Made by a program: the position numbers and the translations under genes
In this document: piece by piece, positions 34,725 to 45,774 of the stretch
How positions within the stretch are numbered: position 1 is the stretch's first letter
How the letters are laid out: each line of letters begins with the position of its first letter
Notes under the pieces: model-generated
Database searches by the model: none
The model's input: only the letters and a program-made list of their open reading frames with translations
Told to the model about the DNA's origin: nothing
From: Paraphysomonas bandaiensis
Lineage: Eukaryota; Protista; Chrysophyceae
DNA: 64,000 nt
NCBI GenBank assembly: GCA_965644295.1
Contig: CBFFRP010000373.1
Coordinates: forward strand, 186,001-250,000
Direction: 5' to 3'

Positions 34725-37509
34725 ATGAAGTATTTAGCTAGGAGTGTATCTAGCCACAAGAAAACTGTGTCTACAGTGAAGGAGCGATATATATATAGTC
34801 CATGGTCGTTATTCATCATGGTGCTCGTGTTGTCGATTCTTGTCTTATTCCCGCTATTGATTGAAGCTGGCTCAAAGAACCCCCTGTATTATGCTATGCG
34901 GTCCCGCAGAGTAATGTGCTGTGCTGCTGCCAGTGTCGGATGTTCAGCTCCACTTCTATTTGAATTGCTACTAGATTTAAGCAGTATTAAATCGAGTACA
35001 TTACTCCCAAGGTTTTTGCTGATAATGGGAGTCATGGTACCCGGTTTAGTGATTATATTAGGATCCGCCAGTTCTTTACTTTATGCAGCAATATATGGAG
35101 TAAAACACATAATGTTCGGGGGCGCTCTTATTTCTTATCTTATTGATAGTGCGATGTCGTTACGCCAAAAGAGGGCGCTACTTGTGTGTTACTTCACTGG
35201 AGTTGCCACTGTATTCATCGGGCGTGCGCGTATAATATTTCCTGGTGTCGTTGTGTATATTGTGACTGCAATTCTAGTTAGTGTTTTAGTTATTGAAGCG
35301 GCTGCACTGTTGTACTTATATCTACGGTCGATGCTAACCGATCTAACTGAGGCATTTTCTTCTAAATCGAAGAAGTGTCAATTCGTCTATGTATGTTGTC
35401 TTGTCGTTTATGTTCTCTTCTCCCATGCTATTTGGGTGAGTTTTGGGCTTAGTACGTGGGACAGGACTTCAGCTGCAGAATTGATTGCATATTTGTTATG
35501 CGATATGGTGATTGCTGTGGTGGCAATATGTGTTCCAACACGCCTTGCACGCCAAGAATCTGCCGTGTTAATGGTTTGTGATTGTTGAACTTTTGTTTTA
35601 ACCTGTAACATATTGTTAGCATAAATTGGAGTTTACAAAGCAGTTTATTCGATACATTTCTCACGAGTTACGGACCCCACTGAGCACAGTTATGCTAGGT
35701 ACACAGCTACTCACGAGCCTCTCGAAGACTATTCAACAGGAAGTATGGAAGTGTGACGAATCCTCGGAACTGCCCTCGTTAGCAGATAATGTAGCATCCA
35801 CTTCCACAAATGTGTATGCATCTTGCCACAGTGCAGTAGATGTGCTGAACGGGCTGCTCATGTTTGACAAAATTGAGGACGGCCATGTGCGTCTTCGACT
35901 GAAACCCCACAACCTAGTTAAGTCGATATCATCTTGGGCGGAGCCGTTTGCTAGTCAGGTGCTTGTTCGCATACGATGATGTAACACCCAAGGCGTACTA
36001 CTTTATGCTAGTATATTGTCACATTTACATGTTTTGTGTAACGTAGCTGGCAGGCAACTGAAGAGCGCATCAAGTTAGTGTATAGCGGAGATGAGTGCTT
36101 CCCAAGAGATGTGTATTCTATCTCTATCTCTATTGACGACGTAAAATTTACAATGGCAATGCGGAACTTGATTAGCAACGCACTCAAGTTTACTCCGGCA
36201 GGTGGCGCGGTTACTATATCTGCTCTCTTACTAGAAGAGCGAGAGGTCATCTTCATTGTATTATATATTTCGCGTGTCACTTTTGCTGTGTTGTTGTGGC
36301 TGTAGAGTGAAGGACCTTGTGTTCGAATCACCGTCAAAGATACAGGTTGCGGAATTCTTCCAGTATGTCCATGATGGTTACATTTGTGACACTAAGATAT
36401 TTAATGGCAGGAGAATCACTTTAATTTATTCAAGGACGTAGTGCATTTTAATGCAACGGAAGCTCGAAATGGGGAAGGGTCTGGCCTCGGACTGTACGGT
36501 AGGACTTGGCCTATATATATACAATTGTATAATTGTGTTTTCGTAGTATCACGACACATTATCAGTAAGCACGGTGGGTTGTTGAGCCTGGATTCCTCTG
36601 GGGTACCTGGCGAGGGCTGTGCATTTCATGTTGACCTTCCTATATTCCGTGAATCGCACACACCATCGACTCATACGATTTCCGTGTACTCACAAACACC
36701 TTCTCGACCATTGATTCTTAATAACAGCTCTGTGTCATCTGCCTCCCAAACAGAAGACCCAGAACCTTCTCATAGTCCGACGAATGTGCATAAAAGTACT
36801 AGCTTCGATTTTGTGCGGTACAGTAGGCACAAGCATCAGAGTGTTGTGCCTGTCACTTCTGTATATGGTGAAGGCAATGATGTAGTGCAGCTCAAGACGG
36901 CTCTAGTAGTTGATGATGTAAAGACATGTAGGAAAATGTTATCCCGAGTACTCAGACCATTTTTTGAAAATGTTATTGAGGTTAGCTTTATTGCATGTGA
37001 ACTCGCGTAATGTGTATTTGTTTTATCTTTCAGATGGATGATGGTGTCGGAGCTGTGGCAGCTGTCAAAAACTCCTTTGAAACGGAGCCTATCGATATGA
37101 TATTTTTGGATTCAGTGATGCCTAATATGAGTGGAATAGAGGCCTGTAAAATTATTAGGGAGATGGGTTTTGGAGGTCCTATCATAGCTGTGACGGGCAA
37201 CATTGTTCCAGAAGATGTGGAGGAATTCCTTGCTGCAGGAGCCGACAAGTTGGTGGGTAAGCCTATGAAACTCGATACCTTGGTCACAACATTGCAAGGT
37301 GCGCTCTTAAATAGTGTTGCACTATTCTAATGATGTTTGGTTTCATAGAATTTAAGGTATCGACCCTTCTTGATACAAGGCGTACATTGAATTCTCACTC
37401 GGCAATGTCCTTGGCGACAACACCTCAAAGCTCCTCTGCAACAGGCGATTTAGAGGCGGGTTGGAAATCCAAAAGTGACATGCTTTGTAGATTGGAAGAT
37501 GTCACATGA
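34725..37509 (+). CDS. Hybrid sensor histidine kinase: multi-TM (~7) sensor, HisKA, HATPase, receiver; multi-exon, start uncertain
   Basis: H-box FIRYISHELRTPL, N-box RNLISNALKFT, G1 DTGCGI, G2 GSGLGL; receiver VVDD / FLDSVMPNMSG / VTGN / KP. Short introns (e.g. 35574-35619); last exon ends LEDVT TGA at 37509. Confidence 0.9.
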
Positions 37510-38644
37510 ATAGACGAGACTTTCTACCAGTGGATGATATTTCACCTGATGACACACGAGCTTGATCTAATACATGTATATATAATCCTTTATTTTATTG
37601 ATAGTTGAAGGTGGGCAGGTATATGTTGGATATTTCGTTTCATATTGTCGAATTTTAGTGTTAAAGTACCATTGCAGGATAATATTGAAGCTAAATTGGT
37701 AGATTTTACTTTGTTATGAGTAATGTAAATTAATGACGAAGTATGCTTGCAGAATACGAAGGTGTTATTGAGCTATATTCTTTAACCTAGTCCTATTGGT
37801 TGAAATAACCTCTTCGAAATAATGAATAATTCTCAGTAGGCAAATTTCAGTGAAAAACTTGTTGTAAATTAGTATTATCCGCATTAATATCTTTAAGTAA
37901 AGATAAGTTGAATCAACAAAAAACGGTTCTACTAAAGATTACTACAACAGAGATGCAAATCGCGTGCTAGGGTTTGGAAATTATACAAAAGTATTCAAAA
38001 TCTTGTGAATAGCGCTGGATAGTAGTACAACCAAACATGAAAGAATTATGCTTGTCTGCCTCACACAGATACCCTTTATTACGGTGCCTGTGCGGCATTA
38101 TGCTATGCGTGATTTGTAATAGTCATCACTCACATGTATAGAAGTTTGTTGGAAATTACTCATCCTTAACAAGATCTCACGGAGAATTTGTCGTTAGACT
38201 AGATAGATTTATTAATGTCGTTTACACAAAGTTGTGATACAAACAACACATATTGAAAATCTGATTATTAAGAAGCGCAAGCTTGTGCGTTGCCGCGACC
38301 AACCTAACAACTCGCGCGACACTATGCATAACATGACTCTCATCTAGTTACTATTGCATGCACCGACTGTTGAGATCTGAAGATTCTATATACTTGCAAT
38401 TGAGTGCAGTATTATGTGAGATGCAAGGATCGAAAGATATATATGTAATTAGTACATTATATTATGTAGTATGAAACTGAAGTAGAAGTGGATGACTATA
38501 CAGGATACGATAACTGAGTGTGTGGTTTGTACACTATAGTAGTAAATGAATGGTGTTGAACACATCGAACACAACTTAGGTTCTTTATCATGTAATGTTT
38601 ATAATTTCATCTTATCAGTTGAGAATAGTAAACCTTAGCAAATA

Positions 38645-41600
38645 ATGTCAACTTCTGTTATGGTAGCGAATGCTAGTTGTAGGGATGGGGAAGATGACAA
38701 GAAGCTACGGTTTGACAAGAACCAAGCAGACTATTCAGCGAGAAAAATCAAGATGCATCTAATGAAGAAAAACCGAAACCATCTTGGTTTGGAGGACCCG
38801 CCAGCCGGAGGAAGGAATTTAGAGTCATGGAGAGAGCGTAATGATACCTGTGTTAGTACTATTTGGGAGGCTTGCGAGCATGACCCTGATGTGTTGGAGG
38901 TAGCCAATCAATATTTGGAGGGGAAGACAATTTTACCTGCTGATGATCCTGCTAAGGAGGTGTTATCCAGTGAGCTCCTTCAGACACTGGTTGATAGGTT
39001 CAGAGGCGAGATTGGGACTGTATTGGAGAAGACTACGGCAGAATACCATTCGTTCAAAATAAGGCCGGGGGAAAAGGTGTCTGTTGGGGTAGATCGACTG
39101 AACGGTATAATCCAGAAGCTCATAAAATTGGGACAACCGCAGACAGAGGCAAGTAAATTAGCAAAGATAAAAGCAGCGCTGCAGATAGAGGAATTACATG
39201 ATTTATGGATGTCGGTAGCGATGATGCCTAAAGCAACAACTACATTTGATTCGGTGAAAGAGGCTTGTGAAGAGTATGACGAGGCTATGACGCAGCTGAA
39301 GAAACTAAAGGGAGACAAATCTGAAGAGATCAATTTTACGGCGTCGAAGGAGCCAGTGGTTTGTTCATTTTGTCGGAAGAAGGGACATGTAGCAGCGAAT
39401 TGTTATGCTAAGGAACGACAAAGAAAAATGGATAAGTTCAAAAGAAAAGGGAAGACAAAGGAAAAGGCTTCGAAGAGTGTGCAGCAGCCAGGATCAAAGG
39501 ATTATACTGGTTGTCATATCTGTGGAGATTTTAGTCATAAAGCCCGACAGTGCAAGTCGAAAAAACGGAAGAACATAAAAAACCCGGATAATGAGAATCC
39601 TCGAAAATCGAACAGGAAATTCGAGACAGAATGGAAGAAATACGTCAACGACGGAGAGTCGTCGGATGATGAAGCGAATATGTTTGGAGAAGAGGTTTTG
39701 CTATCGGTGGATACGTCGGAAGAACCTCGTGTATATCTGGACAGTTGTGCAAGTAAAAGACTGTTTATAGTAAAGGATAAAATTGCACTGGAGTCATTTA
39801 CTCCTGAGTTTGGGGCAATCCAACTAACTAGAAAGGGTTCTCAATTGGAGACACAGGGAACTGGTACATTCGGGGAATGGAGAGACATCAGAGTTAGTGA
39901 AGAAGCGGTGAAGAACATTGTGTCAGGAGGAATGCTGAGATCAATGGGATACGGATTACAACTGCTTCGAAAGCCTAAAATCGTGGAATTGGACTCTGGA
40001 AACGAGGTGTTGACTGGAGAGTACGATGAGCATGGAGGAATGCCGTATGTGGACTTGATGGAGGTGTTAAATCTGCCAAATGTGTCTATGTGCAATCAGA
40101 TGGAGGAGGTAAATTTGTCGGATAATACAGGACAAGATGCGTTGGATCGCTTACATGAGCGTACTGGACATGTCTCGAAATCGAAGTTAATAGAAGCTCA
40201 CCGACACATGTTATTCAGAGGATCAGGACTACAACGACATCACCTTTCGAAGGCAAAGGAGAAGAGTTGCAAGAAACCCCTGTGTAAATGGTGTGCCAAG
40301 GCGAAGATAACCAGGCATTCGTTCAAATCACGGGACAACGAAGAGCTAAGCGCAGTCAGGTTTCTGGAACGAGTGACAGCGGACATCTCAGTCTACCTGA
40401 ATTGTGAATCCAGACAAGGGTATAAGTACGTGCTCCTATTCACGGACTTAGCAACAAAGATGATATGGGAATATGGATTGAGGACTCGAAGCGGAGAGGA
40501 GGTGTTCAAATGTCTAAGACACTTGTGCGAGGTCCACTTAGTGAAGTACGAGGGGTGGAACCGTATAGTGGAGTATCATGCCGATGGAGGATCCGAACTT
40601 ATTAGTCAGCAGATAAGAGAGTATCTGTTGCAGCGATATGGGACTCGGGTGTCACATACAACACGAGACACGCCAGAGCTCAACGCGGTGTCTGAGAGGA
40701 AATTCCGAACAATTGGGGAGATGACACTGACGATGTTGACGGCATCTGGACTTCCAAAGTCGTTCTGGTTTGATGCTTATCAAACTGCATGTTACATTGT
40801 GCGACGAATGCCAACTCGGACGTGGCAAGGATGGATGTCTCCATATGAGTGTGTCCCAGGGGGGAGCGTTCCCAGCCTATCGTGGCTACGGAAATGGGGG
40901 TGCAAAGCATATGTGCTAACACCCAAGGCCGACAGGAGGAAGGACTGGGAGGACAAAGCAATGACAGGTTATTTCATAGGGTATCCAGCTGATCGAAAAG
41001 GATACAAGGTGCTAGTGGGGGACACCGTAGTACACTCTGTACATGTATTATTTGATGAATCGGTACCTGAGAGGTCTCAGGATTATTATAGAGAGCTGGA
41101 GGAGGCTCAAGTGGCTATAGATCCCGAGGCTCGTCAACCGGGTGAGTTTGAGTATCTTATCGGAAAGCACCATGAGGATGGTGGTCTGCTATACAAGACT
41201 AACAGAGTGGTGATAAGGAAGGGACTTATTGTGGGATACCGGTCGTTGGTTACTGGTAACCAGGTTCAAGTGGAGGATAAAACTCCTATTCATATTGCTG
41301 ACATCAAGAAGATGACAGAGGATCTTGCGCAGAGGGTGGTTAGGGCCAGAGTTACTGACAACCGTGACGGCGGTATCAGCGGAGTGGTGCCACAGCAGTC
41401 GGAAAGTGGGCAGGTGCAGCCCCAGGCTGACTCAGCATTACCTTCGGGGGAAGGGACCCCTGCCGAGAATCATCCGCACGGCAAACGCGCAAGAACTCCA
41501 AGGACGGTAACGAATGTGTCGGTGTTAGGACAAATCCATCATTTGAGTGATGAGAGTGATGTGAGTGACCTTTTACAGGAGGCAGACTCAGTAGTGTGGA

Positions 41601-43246
41601 TGTCAGCGGAAGAGTCGACAGTGCCTCAGACACATCGTGAGTCCTTGGAGAGTGCCGAGCACAGGGAGTGGAGACGAGCTCGCCGTGTAGAGCGAGAGGG
41701 TTTGGCGAAGCGAGATACCATGGAGGTGACTCGTATACCGGACGGAGTCGTCCCACTGCACTCCAAGTACGTCTATGGAAAGAAGTACGATAAGGAGGGA
41801 GAGGTCCGCCGATATAAGGCTCGTCTTGTAGCAATCGGTTGTGGACAGCAGTCGAGTGGTTGGGCGAACCATTTCGCACCCGTTGTTAAGGGGGTAACAG
41901 TGCGACTGTTAATCGCCATAGCTTTCGTGATGAACATGGTAATTCATCAACTGGATGTGTCTAACGCATTTCTATATGCAGATATAGAGGGGGATGTATA
42001 TATGAAGGCAACTCCGGACTTTCAGCTGCCTGAGGGGTACTGCTTTAAGTTGAAGAAGTCGTTATACGGGCTTCGGAGTTCCCCGCGGTCGTGGTGGAAA
42101 ACATTGGATAAATTCATACGATCTATGCATTTTAAACCATGTGTATTAGACCCGTGTTTGTATTATCAGTATAAGGGTGATGAATTGATATTATTAACGA
42201 TATATGTGGATGATATCCTAGTGTTAGGTCGTGATGTCAACATAGTGAAGGATATTAAAGCTCAACTGTGTGCCCGGTTTGATATGAAGGATATGGGCGA
42301 GATGGAACATTTTCTGAATGTTCGAGTCACAAGAACGCCAGAGTATATTCGTCTTGACCAATCAGTATATGCGGCTAAGATCTTAGAAAAGTTTGAAAAG
42401 TATCTTGGGTCACCGCGAAAGGTACGGAAGAGTCCTCTACCGGCGGAAGCAATGGATTTAGTGGCAAAAGGGGCACGGCATGAGCATACCGAGGAGGAAC
42501 AGCTTATAGTAGATAACTTCCCATATCGGCCGCTGATAGGTGCATTACTATATCTCTCGATGAACACGAGGCCGGATATTGCCTATGCAGTGGGAGTACT
42601 GTCTCGGTTCAGTAATAAGGTGAATATTGAAGTATGCAAGCTATTAACACATGTATGGCAATATATTCGTGGTTCTATTGACAAAGGGATTCAATATGGG
42701 AGTAGACGGTTCGACTTCCATATGTTTACTGACGCGGATTGGGCGGGAGATCAGCTCTCCAGGAAGTCCACGTCGGGGTACGTTGGGTTTGCAGCGGGAG
42801 GGCCTATAGTCTGGCAGTCCAAACTGCAGACGACAGTGGCAACGTCAAGCATGCAGTCTGAGTATCAGTGTATTTACTCGGGTCTCCAAGAAGTGCTATG
42901 GGTTCGGGGGGTGACGGGTGAGATTAAGTTGAGGCTCATCAAACCCACACCATTCTTCATCGACAGTCAGAGTGCCCAGGATTTGGCCGAAAACCCAGTG
43001 TTTCACAAGAAGTCGAAGCACATTGAGATTAAGTATCACATGGTGAGAGAGCACGTGGATCCCAATCAGTTCAATACGATTAAGTTAGTGCATGTGCATA
43101 CATCGCAACAAGCAGCAGATATTTATACAAAGTCATTGGTTGGTTTATCATATATGGAGCAGAGAAAGAGAAATCTTGGAGAGAAAGTTAAGAGTTCCAC
43201 TGAAGTGATTAATGAGGGACCAAGGGATAAAAGAAGGCGCAAGTAG
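38645..43246 (+). CDS. Copia-2 gag-pol polyprotein (1533 aa)
   Basis: Two CCHC knuckles; protease YLDSCAS; integrase HERTGH..CKWC and D-D-E (TADIS, HADGG, SERKF); RT YVDD; RNase H DADWAG..ADIYTK. Confidence 0.96.
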   Translation: MSTSVMVANASCRDGEDDKKLRFDKNQADYSARKIKMHLMKKNRNHLGLEDPPAGGRNLESWRERNDTCVSTIWEACEHDPDVLEVANQYLEGKTILPADDPAKEVLSSELLQTLVDRFRGEIGTVLEKTTAEYHSFKIRPGEKVSVGVDRLNGIIQKLIKLGQPQTEASKLAKIKAALQIEELHDLWMSVAMMPKATTTFDSVKEACEEYDEAMTQLKKLKGDKSEEINFTASKEPVVCSFCRKKGHVAANCYAKERQRKMDKFKRKGKTKEKASKSVQQPGSKDYTGCHICGDFSHKARQCKSKKRKNIKNPDNENPRKSNRKFETEWKKYVNDGESSDDEANMFGEEVLLSVDTSEEPRVYLDSCASKRLFIVKDKIALESFTPEFGAIQLTRKGSQLETQGTGTFGEWRDIRVSEEAVKNIVSGGMLRSMGYGLQLLRKPKIVELDSGNEVLTGEYDEHGGMPYVDLMEVLNLPNVSMCNQMEEVNLSDNTGQDALDRLHERTGHVSKSKLIEAHRHMLFRGSGLQRHHLSKAKEKSCKKPLCKWCAKAKITRHSFKSRDNEELSAVRFLERVTADISVYLNCESRQGYKYVLLFTDLATKMIWEYGLRTRSGEEVFKCLRHLCEVHLVKYEGWNRIVEYHADGGSELISQQIREYLLQRYGTRVSHTTRDTPELNAVSERKFRTIGEMTLTMLTASGLPKSFWFDAYQTACYIVRRMPTRTWQGWMSPYECVPGGSVPSLSWLRKWGCKAYVLTPKADRRKDWEDKAMTGYFIGYPADRKGYKVLVGDTVVHSVHVLFDESVPERSQDYYRELEEAQVAIDPEARQPGEFEYLIGKHHEDGGLLYKTNRVVIRKGLIVGYRSLVTGNQVQVEDKTPIHIADIKKMTEDLAQRVVRARVTDNRDGGISGVVPQQSESGQVQPQADSALPSGEGTPAENHPHGKRARTPRTVTNVSVLGQIHHLSDESDVSDLLQEADSVVWMSAEESTVPQTHRESLESAEHREWRRARRVEREGLAKRDTMEVTRIPDGVVPLHSKYVYGKKYDKEGEVRRYKARLVAIGCGQQSSGWANHFAPVVKGVTVRLLIAIAFVMNMVIHQLDVSNAFLYADIEGDVYMKATPDFQLPEGYCFKLKKSLYGLRSSPRSWWKTLDKFIRSMHFKPCVLDPCLYYQYKGDELILLTIYVDDILVLGRDVNIVKDIKAQLCARFDMKDMGEMEHFLNVRVTRTPEYIRLDQSVYAAKILEKFEKYLGSPRKVRKSPLPAEAMDLVAKGARHEHTEEEQLIVDNFPYRPLIGALLYLSMNTRPDIAYAVGVLSRFSNKVNIEVCKLLTHVWQYIRGSIDKGIQYGSRRFDFHMFTDADWAGDQLSRKSTSGYVGFAAGGPIVWQSKLQTTVATSSMQSEYQCIYSGLQEVLWVRGVTGEIKLRLIKPTPFFIDSQSAQDLAENPVFHKKSKHIEIKYHMVREHVDPNQFNTIKLVHVHTSQQAADIYTKSLVGLSYMEQRKRNLGEKVKSSTEVINEGPRDKRRRK
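38661..38670 (+). other. Primer binding site of Copia-2 (TGGTAGCGAA)
   Basis: TGG abuts the 5' LTR and is complementary to a tRNA CCA end. The first 8 nt equal the yeast Ty1 iMet PBS; the tRNA identity here is not verified. Confidence 0.75.
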
Positions 43247-44444
43247 GTACTGAGTTTTTTAGACAGAGGTTTAGACTTAGAGATGAGTCTATTTTACTGT
43301 CAAGAATTTTTTTATCTCAGGCATTCAATAGCTGGGAGGCGTCATAGTACAACACTCAATTGAGGGGGAGTGTTGAGATCTGAAGATTCTATATACTTGC
43401 AATTGAGTGCAGTATTATGTGAGATGCAAGGATCGAAAGATATATATGTAATTAGTACATTATATTATGTAGTATGAAACTGAAGTAGAAGTGGATGACT
43501 ATACAGGATACGATAACTGAGTGTGTGGTTTGTACACTATAGTAGTAAATGAATGGTGTTGAACACATCGAACACAACTTAGGTTCTTTATCATGTAATG
43601 TTTATAATTTCATCTTATCAGTTGAGAATAGTAAACCTTAGCAAATAATGTCAACTTCTGTTACCGACAAGTGCTCAACTATACAACACGATTTAGTTAG
43701 CTACATGGGCATACGACGAGTTGCGTGTTTAAGCCGGATCATACGCTCCTGCCCAATCTACTTGTCCTAATACAAACAACTTGCGGTCGGTGTCTTCGGC
43801 ATATGTCTCCTGTATATGCGGCAGATCTTTAGGGCCCTCTTCAAGGTGGTGTTCACAGCAGCAGGTAGTCTGGAAGGGAGAATAAAGTAGCTCTATAGCG
43901 CCGGGTCCTCCCACGGTCACGAAGCGGTCTCACTGGTGCAATTTTGCACACTGACGCATGAAACAGACATCTACCAAAATCTGTTACAAATTCAAGCTGA
44001 CTCCAATGTCTTCCCTCCATTGTGTGCACTCATCCAGCACATGCATCCACCTTGCACTCTTCTCCCGACGAGTGACTTACACTAGTAGGAAACCGTGCAC
44101 CTTCCCCGCTCGGATGAAAACCTACTAAGCAAGAATAACATAAAAGCACCACAAATGTACCTGACACTGCTTGGAGAACAGTGCCAGAGCCTTGATATAA
44201 TCTCAATGACCTGGGTCAGGAGAAACCAAGACTAGGCAGTAGACGTGTGAGAAGACATGACAGGTCTAATCACATCATTGCCATTGCCATGCATCCATGA
44301 GGAAAGTTTGACGCATTACCTCGGTCATTGGCCACACAGATACCGAATAATGTGAACTCATACTCAGCATCAATCACTCAAATCAAACGCAGGGAGCAAG
44401 CAGAATGTTGATATACCTGACATCTGCTGACTTCAGGTGTTTTG

Positions 44445-44766
44445 AGTTCTTAAGGTGAACATCCCGGATGCTTAACTTCAGCAGGCAGCCCAATACCCCG
44501 GTTACCCTTCTGGTGGGCCCTGTCCCGGATGCCCTTGAGGTGGGCCCATTCCCGGATGCCTGTTTATTCGTCAGGGCCCAAAGACGTCTACACAAGTGAC
44601 ACTTATTAGTGTCCCTTGTACCACACAAGCATTTGGCTATGAGTGGGCAGAACAATATATCTGCTGACTATATAATATGCGGCTCACGTTAGTTTCCCGG
44701 AGAAATATCTCCGGTACTTATCCCCCAGAACACCACGAAAAGGTGCGAGTCCGACTTTGTTGAGGG
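44445..44766 (-). repeat. Hairpin-rich dispersed repeat, copy B (left end), with an internal ~27-bp tandem
   Basis: Reverse complement starts CCCTCAACAAAGTCGGAC, as at 54593. GGCATCCGGG..GGGCCCACC unit repeated at ~44485-44560. Confidence 0.88.
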
Positions 44767-45024
44767 ACAAACAACACAAACTCATTTTGTTCCACTCAGA
44801 ATATCCTACATATGCGTGGGATACTAAACATATCTTGAAAGATCAAACTATAAAGTTATCGAGGCCTTAGCTTTCCATATTTTTGATGAAGACGCACAAT
44901 TATCTGCTTATGTATAACAATAATGTGTCCCACCAGTCCTGCTAATACTGAAAATCGATGTGCATAAATGGCATCAATAAATTTAACTCCCTTGTCATGT
45001 TATACTCGCCACCCAGCAAAGGAT

Positions 45025-45160
45025 GTGACACACAAGCAGCTTTTGAAGCGCTACGTAGTAGGCTATCAGAGTTTAGCGCTAGTTAGTTACTTGTTATGTT
45101 ACACTGGTTCTGACTCTTAAACGTTAAACGCCTATTGCTAATAATAAGACATTCACTACA
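45025..45160 (+). repeat. Dispersed repeat, copy E (right end only)
   Basis: CACAAGCAGCTTT...GACATTCACTACA matches 13063-13187 and 54897-55026. Confidence 0.85.
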
Positions 45161-45774
45161 CTCCAATTAACGGAATATAACGTATTACGTATTCGTATTA
45201 ATGGCTGTTTGTTAAAGAAATGAAATATTATATTAATACTTGTTACAATTTCAGTAATAAACAATTAATTGACATGCAGCTCTATTTAGAAGTTGATATT
45301 CGGTTAGAGTGGAAAATTTTGGCATTAACGAGGTGAATTCCTCAAGCACGTAATCATCTTCGCCACTGCTGACTCAAAATCGTAAGTAATTTTTGACAAG
45401 AATTTCTATTCGTTTTACGAGGTGGGCACACGGGCACACTAAAACAGGCAGGTATGATGAGGTATTTCAGCTATTTTAACAAGGTTGAATAATATACCTC
45501 ACTCGTTGTATTGTTATACACAGCATATTCCTGTGGTTATTGAACATTGTACATGGGTTCAAATTTTGAATTAACGCAAGTAATACTCCAATTACAACTT
45601 ATAAAGCAACAATTATAGAATGAGTAGCTATACAACTTTAATAGTGAACACTCGGCGGGCAATCACAACCGTTTTTCTCTATTATGAAAAAGCAATGCAA
45701 TACCCTCCTTGGTAAAATACGTAAGACAACTAAGCCATCTTTCTCGATACGCGGTGATATTGTGAAAACGTTTA

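Larger units (their letters stand above)
38368..43663 (+). mobile_element. Ty1/Copia LTR retrotransposon (Copia-2), full length and intact
   Basis: 293-bp LTRs at 38368-38660 and 43371-43663 with no difference seen; 5-bp TSD CCGAC; PBS TGGTAGCG at 38661; PPT GAGGGGGAG at 43362-43370. Confidence 0.97.

Noticed and set aside
34725-37509. Bacterial contamination or fresh HGT for the histidine kinase
   Set aside because: The gene carries several spliceosomal introns of the same short type as its neighbours.
44560-44600. Hammerhead ribozyme suggested by CTGACGA in the repeat
   Set aside because: No stem II plus GAAA follows, and the motif is not kept in copies A and C.
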